Part shown: positions 19,594 through 29,509 of the stretch, piece after piece | Layout of the letters: the number at the start of each line of letters is the position of its first letter | How positions within the stretch are numbered: position 1 is the stretch's first letter | NCBI GenBank assembly: GCA_963715335.1 | Contig: CAVQRZ010000022.1 | Location: 96,001-160,000 of the forward strand | Direction: 5' to 3' | DNA length: 64,000 bases | From: an uncultured delta proteobacterium | Lineage (GTDB): Bacteria > Desulfobacterota > Desulfuromonadia > Desulfuromonadales > BM103 | Made by a program: the position numbers and the translations under genes | The notes under the pieces: generated by a model | What the model was told of the DNA's origin: nothing | What the model saw: only the letters and a program-made list of their open reading frames with translations | The model's database searches: none

Positions 19594-19633
19594 ACCGCCA
19601 CCCGCATGCATGATCTGCTGTGCGGGTGGCGGT
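19594..19633 (+). other. GC-rich intergenic hairpin without U-tract
   Basis: ACCGCCACCCGCA...TGCGGGTGGCGGT, 13 bp perfect stem. Confidence 0.75.
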
Positions 19634-19685
19634 ACATCAGACTAAACATGGCCCATGTAGAAGTTCATGGCTAAGGAGATCCCGT

Positions 19686-21785
19686 ATGGCCTTCGCAGTT
19701 AAACGCAAACTGATGCATAAGTTTCTCTTCGCCATTCTCCCGGTGATCATTGTGGGGATGGGGGGATTGACATTTTTTTCCTATACCATGGCCAAGGACG
19801 CTCTGCGGGATGCTCTGGAGCAACAGGTGACCCAGGTGGCTGATTCGACCGTCACATCGATATCGGCCTGGATCAAGGACCGGCGGCTTGATGTGGGCAA
19901 CTGGAGCCAGCAGAAGGTCTACCAGTCTTCCGTTCAGGACTCGTTCCTCGGCAGGGCTGCCCGGAAAGAGGCGACCAGCGAGCTGGTTCGCCTGAAGGAA
20001 GAATACGGTTACTACGCCGATCTTCTCCTCCTCGACAAGCTCGGCAACGTGGTTGCCGGTTCCAACCCTGACGCGGTCGATGCCGGGACCATGGCTGACC
20101 AGGAATATTTCAAACAGGCTGCTGCAGGAACCTTGTTCGTCTCCCAGGTCTACAACGACCAAACTACAGGCCAGCCTGTCTTCGCCATCGCCGTCCCGGT
20201 TTCCAAGGGCCAGGACGATACGGTTGAAGGTGTTCTATGTGGTCTAGTCGATATGGGGCAGTTCAACAAGATTTTTATCGACAGTGTCAAGATGGGTGAA
20301 ACCGGCTATGCATACATGTTTGACAAATCGGGTCTGTTCATCGCTCATCCCGATCGGGGCATGGTTCTGAAAACCAACCTGGCCAGCTTTGATTTTGGCC
20401 AGGCCTTGCTCGATGCAAGAGATGGCAGCCATATCTACACGTTTAATGACAAGGAAAAACTGGTTCACCTGTCACATTACAAGGATCTGGTTTGGACCGT
20501 GGGTGTGGGGATCGGCACGGACGAACTGAATGCCCCTGCCGTCAGAATCCGCACGATTAACGCTGTCCTCGCCCTGATCATTATGGCCATCGCTGCTCTG
20601 GTGGTTTATCTGGTTGCACGCAAGGTTGTCGTGCCGATCACCAATGCCGCCAAGCTGGCGGAAACAATTCGTCTCGGTGATCTATCCGAACGGCTGGAAA
20701 CGGACCTCCAGGACGAGGTCGGCCAGCTCGCCCAGGCCCTGAACACGATGGCTGACGGTCTTGAGCAGAAAGCCCAATTGGCAGGCACAATTGCTGGTGG
20801 TGACCTGACGGTTGATGTCCAGCTTGCCTCCGAGAAAGACCAACTCGGCAAGGCGTTGCAGACCATGGCCGGTGTATTGAATGATGTCATTCAGCAGGTT
20901 ATGGTCGCGACCGAGAATGTCGCGTCGGGCAGCCAGGCGCTTGCCGCATCGAGCCAGGAGATGTCGCAGGGCGCGACAGAACAGTCTGCTTCGGCAGAGG
21001 AGGCGTCGAGCTCGATCGAAGAAATGGCCGCAAATATCCGGCAGAACACCGATAATGCCATGCAGACGGAAAAAATTGCTGTCCAGTCGGCCAAGGAGGC
21101 AGAGCAGGGCGGGAAGGCTGTCTCCGACACTGTGTCGGCGATGAAGGAAATAGCCAACAAAATTGTAATTATCGAAGAGATCGCACGCCAGACCAACCTG
21201 CTGGCATTGAATGCGGCGATCGAGGCTGCACGTGCCGGTGAGCACGGCAAAGGGTTTGCGGTGGTTGCCGCCGAAGTTCGCAAGCTTGCGGAACGCAGTC
21301 AGTCCGCTGCCGGTGAGATCAACAGCCTCTCGGTTTCCAGTGTCGAGGTCGCAGAGCTGGCAGGCAAGATGCTTGACAGTATTGTCCCCAGTATCCAGAA
21401 GACCTCAGAACTGGTGCAGGAGATTGCTGCTGCAAGCCGCGAACAGGATGCCGGCGCAGAGCAAATCAATAGCAGTATCCAGCAGCTGGACAAGGTCATT
21501 CAGCAAAATGCCGCTGCAACTGAAGAGATGGCTTCCACTTCCGAGGAACTGACCAGCCAGAGTGAACAACTCCGGGAGATGATGAGCTTCTTCAAGATCA
21601 AGGCTCAGCGGACTCAACCGCTTAGTTATAGCCAGAAATTAAGGGGTTCCCGCGAGTCAGCCGGCAAGCCTGAAATTGCCCACCATGCAAAAAAATCAGT
21701 CGAGGACATTTCCCGCAAAGCTGGCGATGATGGTTTTGCTCGTGGTGCAGCAGACAACCTCGACAACGAATTCGAGACATTTTAA
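19686..21785 (+). CDS. Methyl-accepting chemotaxis protein with dCache-type sensor
   Basis: [24 protein letters not shown] and MCP hairpin; C-terminus EFETF; AAGGAG RBS. Confidence 0.96.
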   Translation: MAFAVKRKLMHKFLFAILPVIIVGMGGLTFFSYTMAKDALRDALEQQVTQVADSTVTSISAWIKDRRLDVGNWSQQKVYQSSVQDSFLGRAARKEATSELVRLKEEYGYYADLLLLDKLGNVVAGSNPDAVDAGTMADQEYFKQAAAGTLFVSQVYNDQTTGQPVFAIAVPVSKGQDDTVEGVLCGLVDMGQFNKIFIDSVKMGETGYAYMFDKSGLFIAHPDRGMVLKTNLASFDFGQALLDARDGSHIYTFNDKEKLVHLSHYKDLVWTVGVGIGTDELNAPAVRIRTINAVLALIIMAIAALVVYLVARKVVVPITNAAKLAETIRLGDLSERLETDLQDEVGQLAQALNTMADGLEQKAQLAGTIAGGDLTVDVQLASEKDQLGKALQTMAGVLNDVIQQVMVATENVASGSQALAASSQEMSQGATEQSASAEEASSSIEEMAANIRQNTDNAMQTEKIAVQSAKEAEQGGKAVSDTVSAMKEIANKIVIIEEIARQTNLLALNAAIEAARAGEHGKGFAVVAAEVRKLAERSQSAAGEINSLSVSSVEVAELAGKMLDSIVPSIQKTSELVQEIAAASREQDAGAEQINSSIQQLDKVIQQNAAATEEMASTSEELTSQSEQLREMMSFFKIKAQRTQPLSYSQKLRGSRESAGKPEIAHHAKKSVEDISRKAGDDGFARGAADNLDNEFETF

Positions 21786-22277
21786 GGGTAAAATTATGGA
21801 AGCGACCAACATGGCCAGTAGCCAGCAATATGTGACCTTCAGCCTTGGCGAGGAACTGTTCGGCGTCGAGGTGACCCGCGCCAGGGAAATCCTCAGCGTG
21901 ACCCCGGTCACCAAGGTGCCGCAAACCCCCGAATACCTGCTCGGCGTGATCAACCTGCGCGGCCAGGTGGTCCCGGTCATCGACATGCGCCTGAAGCTGG
22001 GCCTGCCGGTCACTGCAGAGACCGAGGATACCTGCGTGATCGTTGTCGAGGTCCAGATTGACGGCGAATCGATCATCGTCGGCGCCCTGGCCGACGCGGT
22101 CCGTGAAGTGCTGGAGATCCGCTCCGACCAGATCGAGCCGCCGCCGCGGCTCGGCACGCGCCTGAAGACCGAATTCATCACCGGCATGGGCAAGGTCGAT
22201 GAGCAGTTCCTGATCCTGTTGAATATCGACCGGGTCTTCAGCAGCGAGGAGCTGGCGATCGTCCAGGATGCCGGACA
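21758..22277 (+). repeat. Direct repeat copy 2 (520 bp)
   Basis: Offset 4220 bp from copy 1. Confidence 0.95.
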
Positions 22278-22320
22278 AGTGAATGCTGCCCAGATTGAGG
22301 AAGTGCAGGCCGGAGACTGA
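21796..22320 (+). CDS. cheW: Chemotaxis coupling protein, copy 2
   Basis: Identical to copy 1 except one A/P change and the last ~13 residues. Confidence 0.96.
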   Translation: MEATNMASSQQYVTFSLGEELFGVEVTRAREILSVTPVTKVPQTPEYLLGVINLRGQVVPVIDMRLKLGLPVTAETEDTCVIVVEVQIDGESIIVGALADAVREVLEIRSDQIEPPPRLGTRLKTEFITGMGKVDEQFLILLNIDRVFSSEELAIVQDAGQVNAAQIEEVQAGD

Positions 22321-22348
22321 ACCGGTAAGCTGAATAACCGTTTGCTTG

Positions 22349-22385
22349 AAAAGGCCCGAACTCACTCCTGAGGATGGGCCTTTTT
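22349..22385 (+). terminator. Probable terminator after cheW copy 2
   Basis: AAAAGGCCC...GGGCCTTTTT stem-loop with U-tract. Confidence 0.7.
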
Positions 22386-22471
22386 GTTAAAGTCGTAAGC
22401 TTTTCATTTTCGGCGCGCTAGTTGCAATATAACAGTGTTGTATATTTCGTTATTTTTGTGTTAATTCTTGA

Positions 22472-22484
22472 TAAGTTACTGATT
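22472..22484 (-). promoter_or_regulatory. IHF-binding consensus site
   Basis: AATCAGTAACTTA on the minus strand fits WATCAR-N4-TTR, in AT-rich intergenic DNA. Confidence 0.45.
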
Positions 22485-22661
22485 TAATAGATTTTATGCG
22501 AATGTTAGGGTTTGACGAATCGCATCGAAAAGCGGTTTTGACCGAGAGCGCGGATGCAGTTGTGTGACAGTCTGTGGCACCCGGTATTGTAACGCAACTG
22601 TACGACAGCGGTTCTTGGTCTGCGATGTTCCGACCGGCGCCCGTTTGTCAGGAGACGAAAC

Positions 22662-24434
22662 ATGGTATTGCAAAACCTCAAGGTTGTCCAAAAGCTCCTG
22701 ATCCTGATCATCGGAGCCCTCATCTCCATAGTGGTTATCACCGGCGTATTTCTTTACTTTCACAAGCAAGTCATGCTGCAGGACCGGATGACCAAGACCC
22801 GTCACCTGGTAGAAAGCGCTTACGGGGTTCTCGACTACCACTACAAGAAAGTCCAGTCCGGTGAACTGACCGAGGCCGAGGCCCAGGAACAGGCCATGCG
22901 GATTGTCGAAGGGATGCGCTACGAGGAGAAAGATTATTTCTGGATCAACGATATGCACCCGGTGATGATCATGCACCCTTACGTGAAGAAGCTGGAAGGT
23001 ACGGATATCTCCGATTTCAAAGACCCCAATGGCAAACGGCTGTTCGTCGAGTTTGTCAACGTGGTCAAGGCAAAGGGTGCCGGGTTCGTCGACTACGTTT
23101 GGCAGAAAGGTGATGATGCGACGAACCTTCAGCCGAAAACCTCCTATGTCAAGGGGTTTAAGCCGTGGGGTTGGATTATCGGCTCAGGGATTTACGTTGA
23201 TGATGTCCAGGCGGCCTTTTACCAGGAATCGATCAATTACGGCGGTGCGATCCTGGTTGCCATACTAATCCTCTCCCTGCTCGCTTTTTGGATCTCACAA
23301 AGTATCACCAGGCCGCTTAAGAAAGCAGTTGACATCGCCGACCAGCTCGCGGTTGGCGATGTCAGCATGGAGATAACCCCAGAAGGTCGCGATGAAGTCG
23401 GTACCTTGCTGCAGTCCATGCGCAAGATGTCCGACGCAACCCGGCTGGTAACGCGCATGGCCAAGGAAATCGCCGAAGGCCATCTTGATATCGCCATTCA
23501 AAAGCGCTCCGACAAGGATGAGTTGATGGTTGCCCTGGCCGATATGACCGGGCGTTTAAAAAATGTGGTCCAGGGGGTCAAGTCAGCCTCTATGCACATC
23601 ACTGCGGGGAGCCAGGCCATGAGCGATTCGGCGCAAATCCTCTCCAGTGGTGCCACGCAACAGGCCGCCGCTGCGGAGGAAGCCGCCAGCAGTATCGAGG
23701 AGATGACCGCCAATATCCGGCAGAATGCGGATAATTCCTTGCAGACCGAAAAAATCGCGACCAAGGCCGCCGAGGATGCCCAGCAGGGCGGTCGAGCCGT
23801 CGAAAAAACGGTTGTGGCGATGAAGGCAATTGCCGAGAAAATTACGATTATCGAAGAGATTGCCCGCCAGACCAACCTGTTGGCACTGAACGCCGCCATC
23901 GAGGCCGCCCGCGCCGGTGAACATGGTAAAGGCTTTGCCGTCGTTGCGGCGGAGGTGCGCAAGCTTGCCGAAAGAAGCCAGGTCGCGGCCGGTGAAATCA
24001 ATGACCTCTCCACATCGAGTGTTGCGGTTGCCGAACAGGCCGGGCGATATCTGAATGATATCGTTCCGGATATTCAGAAGACTGCCGATCTGATACAGGA
24101 AATCAGCGCTGCGAGCAAGGAGCAGGACGCCGGCGCGGACCAGATCGGCAGAAGCATCCAGCAACTCGATGGGGTTATCCAGCAAAATGCCTCGGCCGCC
24201 GAGCAATTTGCTTCGACTGCCGAAGAGTTAACCGGTCAGGCTGCTGAACTCGAAAAGGTGATAGCTTTTTTTGCCATAGAGATGAGTAACAACGAGCGAC
24301 GCACGCAGAAGAGAAAGGCTGTCGATGTGCAGAACAGGTTGGCCCATGCCCCCGCAATGAATACCCCTGCGGCGTCGGTCCATGGCAAGAGCGCTCGAGG
24401 GGATTTACTCGACGACGAATTTGAAACGTTCTGA
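22662..24434 (+). CDS. Methyl-accepting chemotaxis protein with single Cache_2 sensor (family often binds small carboxylates)
   Basis: YFWIND...MHPY, DPNGK, GFVDYVW and [10 protein letters not shown] motifs; MCP hairpin; C-terminus EFETF. Confidence 0.95.
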   Translation: MVLQNLKVVQKLLILIIGALISIVVITGVFLYFHKQVMLQDRMTKTRHLVESAYGVLDYHYKKVQSGELTEAEAQEQAMRIVEGMRYEEKDYFWINDMHPVMIMHPYVKKLEGTDISDFKDPNGKRLFVEFVNVVKAKGAGFVDYVWQKGDDATNLQPKTSYVKGFKPWGWIIGSGIYVDDVQAAFYQESINYGGAILVAILILSLLAFWISQSITRPLKKAVDIADQLAVGDVSMEITPEGRDEVGTLLQSMRKMSDATRLVTRMAKEIAEGHLDIAIQKRSDKDELMVALADMTGRLKNVVQGVKSASMHITAGSQAMSDSAQILSSGATQQAAAAEEAASSIEEMTANIRQNADNSLQTEKIATKAAEDAQQGGRAVEKTVVAMKAIAEKITIIEEIARQTNLLALNAAIEAARAGEHGKGFAVVAAEVRKLAERSQVAAGEINDLSTSSVAVAEQAGRYLNDIVPDIQKTADLIQEISAASKEQDAGADQIGRSIQQLDGVIQQNASAAEQFASTAEELTGQAAELEKVIAFFAIEMSNNERRTQKRKAVDVQNRLAHAPAMNTPAASVHGKSARGDLLDDEFETF

Positions 24435-24465
24435 TAACTCAAGTCAGACAGATTCTTCACCTACG

Positions 24466-24500
24466 AAGGCAGGCTCACAATTTCCGTGCAGCCTGCCTTT
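24466..24500 (+). terminator. Probable terminator after the third MCP
   Basis: AAGGCAGGCT...AGCCTGCCTTT. Confidence 0.6.
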
Positions 24501-24604
24501 GGTCATAGAGGGACAATCTTTATCAGGATGGTTATAATTTGTGGCGAGGGGCATAATTATGTGTTAGGGTTAATCATATAATTCTATGCGTTAGGGTTTC
24601 TCCA

Positions 24605-24997
24605 ATGGACAAAGAGATCACCAAAGTACTGATCGTGGAGGATGACCCGGACTTCGCCGAAAGTCTGATGATTGCCCTAGGTGTGCGTAATTGCCACGTT
24701 GATATTGCCCGTACCGGTGAAGAGGCGATCAGGAAATTTCGCAACCTCTGCTACGATATCGCCTTCATGGATATCAAACTTCCGGGCAAGAATGGTGTTG
24801 AGAGCCTTGCGGAGATTCGCGGTTTCTGCCCCACTGCCAGGGTTGTCATGATGACCGGGTTCAGTGAGGCGACCCTGCTTGACAGGGCCCGCCAGGCAGG
24901 TGCGATTGATATCTTGCGTAAGCCGTTCCGCCTGAAGGAGATGTTCTCGTATATCGACCAGATCGAGGACAGCTCTCCACCTGCGGTTCAACATTAA
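24605..24997 (+). CDS. Single-domain response regulator
   Basis: VLIVEDD, FMDIKLP, MMTG and KPF motifs. Confidence 0.92.
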   Translation: MDKEITKVLIVEDDPDFAESLMIALGVRNCHVDIARTGEEAIRKFRNLCYDIAFMDIKLPGKNGVESLAEIRGFCPTARVVMMTGFSEATLLDRARQAGAIDILRKPFRLKEMFSYIDQIEDSSPPAVQH

Positions 24998-25072
24998 GAT
25001 CCATGATTTGAAGCGTCTGCAGGCTTATCCTTCAGACGCTTTATTCGTTTTGAGGGCAATACTCATATCGTC

Positions 25073-28060
25073 ATGGCACTACTCTCCTCTCTGAAGCGCG
25101 CTTTTTCTGTAAATTTTCTCCTGGTCGGTTCGATCCCCGTCCTGCTTTTCGGCCTGGTCAGTTTTCAACTGGTTTCTGAGCAGCAGCTAAAAGGCGTTCG
25201 TGAGCGGAACCTCGCGCAGGCCAGAGGGATCGCTGAAGAAGTTGACGCATTCCTTCTTGAGGTGCGTTCGGACCTGCAGCACGTCCAGCAGACAGTCGCT
25301 CCCGACACAATCCTGCAACCAGGAAGCACAAATCAATTTTTGGCCGGGATGGTCCGTAACTCCCAGTTCTTCGAGTCGATTTATCTCCTTGATGAAAAGA
25401 TGCACGTTCTGCATCTGGGACTCATGCCCAAACTCGAGTCAAGGCAGGATGACTACACCAATATCGATTTCTCCGGTCACAGCCTGTTTCGAACCGACTG
25501 GGATATAAAGGAACCGGTCTGGAGCAACACTTTTGTGTCCCTGGTTACGGGTGAACCGTCAGTCACCCTTGGCATGCGCTTGCCACATGGCTTTCTGCTG
25601 GGGAATATCCGATTGAGCAGTCTGGGGAAGTTGCTGCAGAGATATTCACAGTACGGTGGAGTCGAAATTGCGATCATCGATAAAGGCGGCACACTGATCG
25701 CGCACAACATTGCGGATCTGGCCATGCAGCGAATCAGTTTTGCCAATCATCCAGCAGTTCTCGGTGCGATGAATGGTGTCGACTCTACCCGGAATTTTGA
25801 GTCCGGCAGCCAGAATTACCTGGAAAGTGCGACGCAAACAAAGACTTCGCATTGGGTGGTCTGGGTTGGTCTGAATATGGACGATGTGAACGCCCCGATC
25901 CACAAAATCCGCAATATGTTGATCTTCTTTATGCTCATTGCCGCGGCCCTGGCAATGGTTATTGCGTTCTTCAGCGTCCGGCGCCTGATGTTGCCCCTAA
26001 ACGCCCTGGGTCACAAGGCCGGCCTGATTGCCGACGGTCATTACGATTTTCAGTTCGACCCTTCAGGATTCACTGAAATTGATACGCTTGCCAGGCAGAT
26101 CAGTGGGATGAGCCGCGCGATCAAGGTGCGTGAGGAATCAATTATCACCAATGAACAGAGGTTCCGTGACCTGGTCAATTCGATTGACGGGATTGTCTGG
26201 GAGATGGCATTTCCTTCTTTCCGGATTCTCTTCGTCAGCCGGCAGGCAGTATCTCTGCTTGGCTATACGATTCAGGACTGGTATGAAGACAGCAACTTCT
26301 GGACGGATAAAATCCATCCCGACGATGCAGAGCAGGCCAAAGCTTACAGCACCCTGATGTCCGAGAAGCTGGAAGACCATAGTTTCGAATACCGGATGAT
26401 TGCTGCAGATGGTCATATTGTGTGGATACGCAACCTGGTCACGGTTGTCATCGAGGACCGATGCCCAGTCCGGTTGTTAGGTGTCATGATCGATATCACG
26501 GCGCAGAAGGAGTTGCTGGAAGAATTGCGGCGCAGTGAAGAAAACTACCGGGAAATTTTCAATGGTACCAGTGATGCGATCTTCATCCATGACGCCGAGA
26601 GCGGCAGAATCCTGGACGTGAACCAGGCCGTGTTGAACATGTACGACTGTTCCTACGAGGAGGCACTGTCCAATGATATCGGCAACTTCAGCAGGGGGGT
26701 CAGCCCCTACACGGTAGATGATGCCAAATTAAAATTGCAGGAGGCCGTGAAGAAGGGCAGCAGTTCCTTTGAGTGGATGGCCAGAAAGATGACCGGTGGC
26801 TTGTTCTGGGCAGATGTCAGCTTGCGCAGTGCCATGATCGGCCACCAGCACCGCGTGCTGGCCTCTGTCCGCGACATTTCGTCACGCAAGCAAGCGCTCG
26901 AACAACTGCGCGAAGCAAACGAGCGATTAAACCTGCTGATTGATCGCATGCCGATTGGTTGTATCCTCTGGACACCTCAATTTACCGTCAATATGTGGAA
27001 CCCGACTGCCGAAAGCATCTTCGGTTTCTCTGCAAAAGAGATGATGGGTAAAGAGCCCTATGGCACGATTGTCCCTGAAGGGGCCCGGTCGACCGTCGAG
27101 CTGCTCTGGTCCAGGCTTATGATTGGGGATAAAGCGGCCCACAGTGTGAATGAAAATATTACCAGACAAGGCGAAACGATTACATGCGAATGGTACAACA
27201 CGCCAATCTTCGATGTTGCAGGCGGAGTTGCCGGAGCGATCTCCATGGTCCAGAATGTTTCGGAGCGTAAAGCTGCCGAAGACGAGTTGGAAAAATATCG
27301 TTCAACTCTTGAGGACCTGGTCAAGGATCGTTCTGCCCAGCTGGAAGCTGCCCAGGCCGAGCTTGTGCAGAAAGAGAGGCTCGCAGTGCTTGGCCAGTTG
27401 ACCGCGACGGTCAGCCACGAGATTCGTAACCCGCTCGGGACGGTTGCCAACGCCCTGTACCTGCTCAAGGAAGCGTTACAGGGTGACGAACGTCCCAAGC
27501 TCGCCAAGCCCCTCCTGCTCGCTGAGCGCAATGTCGAGCGGTGCGACACAATTATCAGTGACCTGCTCGATTTCTCCCGCCAGCGCAAGATCGAGAAGGT
27601 TCCGATCAAAATCGATGACTGGTTGACCGAACTCCTCGATGAAATGAATCTCCCTGAACAAGTCCAGTTACAGAAAGATCTGTCCATAAACGCAGACGTT
27701 CCGGCTGATCCGGAACGCCTGCGCAGGGTCTTGGTCAATGTCATTACCAATGCCGTTCAGGCGCTCAATGAAATTGACAAACCAGACAAAAAGATCACGA
27801 TCCGAACCAGGCTTGTGGATGAAACCTGTGAGATTGCTGTTCAGGACAATGGCCCGGGAATGAGCCAGGACGTGCTCAATCGAATTTTTGAGCCGATGTT
27901 CAGCACCAAGAATTTCGGCGTGGGCCTCGGCGTTCCGATTATCAGGAACATTCTCGAAGGTCATTGTGGAGGTGTTGATTATCTTAGCTCGGTCGGCGAG
28001 GGGACAACCGTTACCATGTGGCTGCCGTTGAGTGAGAAGGTTTGCTCAGAAGAGGCGTGA
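25073..28060 (+). CDS. Membrane sensor histidine kinase (Cache-like, HAMP, 3 PAS, HisKA/HATPase)
   Basis: SHEIRNP, NAVQA, DNGPG and GVGLG motifs; paralog of the kinase at 2259. Confidence 0.95.
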   Translation: MALLSSLKRAFSVNFLLVGSIPVLLFGLVSFQLVSEQQLKGVRERNLAQARGIAEEVDAFLLEVRSDLQHVQQTVAPDTILQPGSTNQFLAGMVRNSQFFESIYLLDEKMHVLHLGLMPKLESRQDDYTNIDFSGHSLFRTDWDIKEPVWSNTFVSLVTGEPSVTLGMRLPHGFLLGNIRLSSLGKLLQRYSQYGGVEIAIIDKGGTLIAHNIADLAMQRISFANHPAVLGAMNGVDSTRNFESGSQNYLESATQTKTSHWVVWVGLNMDDVNAPIHKIRNMLIFFMLIAAALAMVIAFFSVRRLMLPLNALGHKAGLIADGHYDFQFDPSGFTEIDTLARQISGMSRAIKVREESIITNEQRFRDLVNSIDGIVWEMAFPSFRILFVSRQAVSLLGYTIQDWYEDSNFWTDKIHPDDAEQAKAYSTLMSEKLEDHSFEYRMIAADGHIVWIRNLVTVVIEDRCPVRLLGVMIDITAQKELLEELRRSEENYREIFNGTSDAIFIHDAESGRILDVNQAVLNMYDCSYEEALSNDIGNFSRGVSPYTVDDAKLKLQEAVKKGSSSFEWMARKMTGGLFWADVSLRSAMIGHQHRVLASVRDISSRKQALEQLREANERLNLLIDRMPIGCILWTPQFTVNMWNPTAESIFGFSAKEMMGKEPYGTIVPEGARSTVELLWSRLMIGDKAAHSVNENITRQGETITCEWYNTPIFDVAGGVAGAISMVQNVSERKAAEDELEKYRSTLEDLVKDRSAQLEAAQAELVQKERLAVLGQLTATVSHEIRNPLGTVANALYLLKEALQGDERPKLAKPLLLAERNVERCDTIISDLLDFSRQRKIEKVPIKIDDWLTELLDEMNLPEQVQLQKDLSINADVPADPERLRRVLVNVITNAVQALNEIDKPDKKITIRTRLVDETCEIAVQDNGPGMSQDVLNRIFEPMFSTKNFGVGLGVPIIRNILEGHCGGVDYLSSVGEGTTVTMWLPLSEKVCSEEA

Positions 28061-28115
28061 GTGTCTCTTTGTCCCCTGGATATCCTGCGGCCTAAATCTG
28101 ATTTTAACTCATTGT

Positions 28116-28131
28116 TGGCACGTTCGTTGTA
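28116..28131 (+). promoter_or_regulatory. Putative sigma54 promoter TGGCACGTTCGTTGTA upstream of cheB
   Basis: TGGCACG-N4-TTG(T); preceded by ATTGT as at 8868 and 14586. Confidence 0.65.
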
Positions 28132-28396
28132 AGCCAATCCTTTGACACGATGCCTGATGGGGCCATGACCCGACTGTGGTGTCTTTGTTCGTAAATTTCG
28201 GGCCATCGTGGCGACCATCGTGGTATGATTTTGCGCCATGAACATGCCTAGCGAAGTGCTCACGCCAGGTCTGGTCTGCCGTAGTGGTGATGCCTGGAGA
28301 TTCCGATCGACGCGTACCGCTCTGACGTACGCACTACCCGGTACGGTATTTGTCATAGCTTACCGTTAGATAGATATAAGTTCAGTAGAGGTGGAG

Positions 28397-29473
28397 ATGT
28401 CTCAACCTATCCGTGTTCTGATCGTTGATGATTCTGCAGTGGTCCGTCAGGCCCTCACTGGAATTTTGTCTGCCGATCCGGCGATTGAGGTTATGGCCAC
28501 TGCTGCCGATCCCCTGATTGCCGCCGACAAGATCAGAAAGGAACGCCCGGATGTCATAACCCTTGATGTCGAGATGCCGCGCATGGATGGACTCTCCTTC
28601 CTCAAGCAAATCATGGCGACGGATCCGATACCGGTGGTCATGTGCTCAAGCCTGACGGAAAAGGGTGCCGAGGTGACGATGAAAGCCCTGCAATACGGGG
28701 CTGTGGAGATCATCAATAAGCCGCGCATGGGCGCCAGGCAATTTCTTGAAGACAGCCATGTACAGATTTGTGACGCGGTCAAGGCTGCGGCCAAGGCCCG
28801 GGTCAGACGTCTATCCGCCCTGATCAACGAGCCTGCGCCGAAATTGACGGCGGATGTGATGCTCAGCCAGCCCAGGTCAACAGAGAACTTTCGAACCACG
28901 CAAAAAGTATTAGCCCTGGGAGCCTCGACTGGCGGCACGGAAGCCCTGCGGATCTTTCTCGAGGAGTTGCCTTACGATGCTCCCGGGATCGTGATTGTTC
29001 AGCATATGCCGCAACATTTCACCGCGGCGTTTGCGCGGCGCCTGAACGGCATCTGTCGCATCGAAGTCAAAGAGGCGACTGATGGTGATACGGTGATTCC
29101 CGGCCGGGCCCTGATTGCCCCCGGCAATCTGCACATGATGTTGAAGCGTAGCGGCACCCGTTACTACGTGCAGGTCAAAGATGGTCCACTGGTTTGCCGC
29201 CACAGACCCTCTGTAGATGTGTTGTTCCGTTCGGTTGCCCGTTATGCGGGGATGAATGCCACCGGTATCATCATGACCGGCATGGGTGATGACGGTGCCC
29301 GGGGTATGCTGGAGATGAAGAATGCCGGGGCGGTCAACCTGGCACAGGATGAGGAGAGTTGCGTGGTCTTCGGCATGCCGCATGAAGCGATCAAGCTGAA
29401 TAGCGTACAAAAAATTCTGCCACTCGACAAGTTGGCGGAGGAGGCGATGCGCCTCTACCGCAGTATGAGCTGA
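28397..29473 (+). CDS. cheB: Chemotaxis response regulator protein-glutamate methylesterase
   Basis: REC domain plus GASTGG, VQHMP, RPSVD and TGMGDDG catalytic motifs. Confidence 0.97.
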   Translation: MSQPIRVLIVDDSAVVRQALTGILSADPAIEVMATAADPLIAADKIRKERPDVITLDVEMPRMDGLSFLKQIMATDPIPVVMCSSLTEKGAEVTMKALQYGAVEIINKPRMGARQFLEDSHVQICDAVKAAAKARVRRLSALINEPAPKLTADVMLSQPRSTENFRTTQKVLALGASTGGTEALRIFLEELPYDAPGIVIVQHMPQHFTAAFARRLNGICRIEVKEATDGDTVIPGRALIAPGNLHMMLKRSGTRYYVQVKDGPLVCRHRPSVDVLFRSVARYAGMNATGIIMTGMGDDGARGMLEMKNAGAVNLAQDEESCVVFGMPHEAIKLNSVQKILPLDKLAEEAMRLYRSMS

Positions 29474-29509
29474 TGTTGATCAGACAATTTATCTATACAG
29501 GATCTTTTT

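Noticed and set aside
22575..22590. TGGCACCCGGTATTGT as a sigma54 promoter for the third MCP
   Set aside because: Spacing is one base too long, and sigma54 spacing is strict. It would only be rescued if this is another +1 read error.
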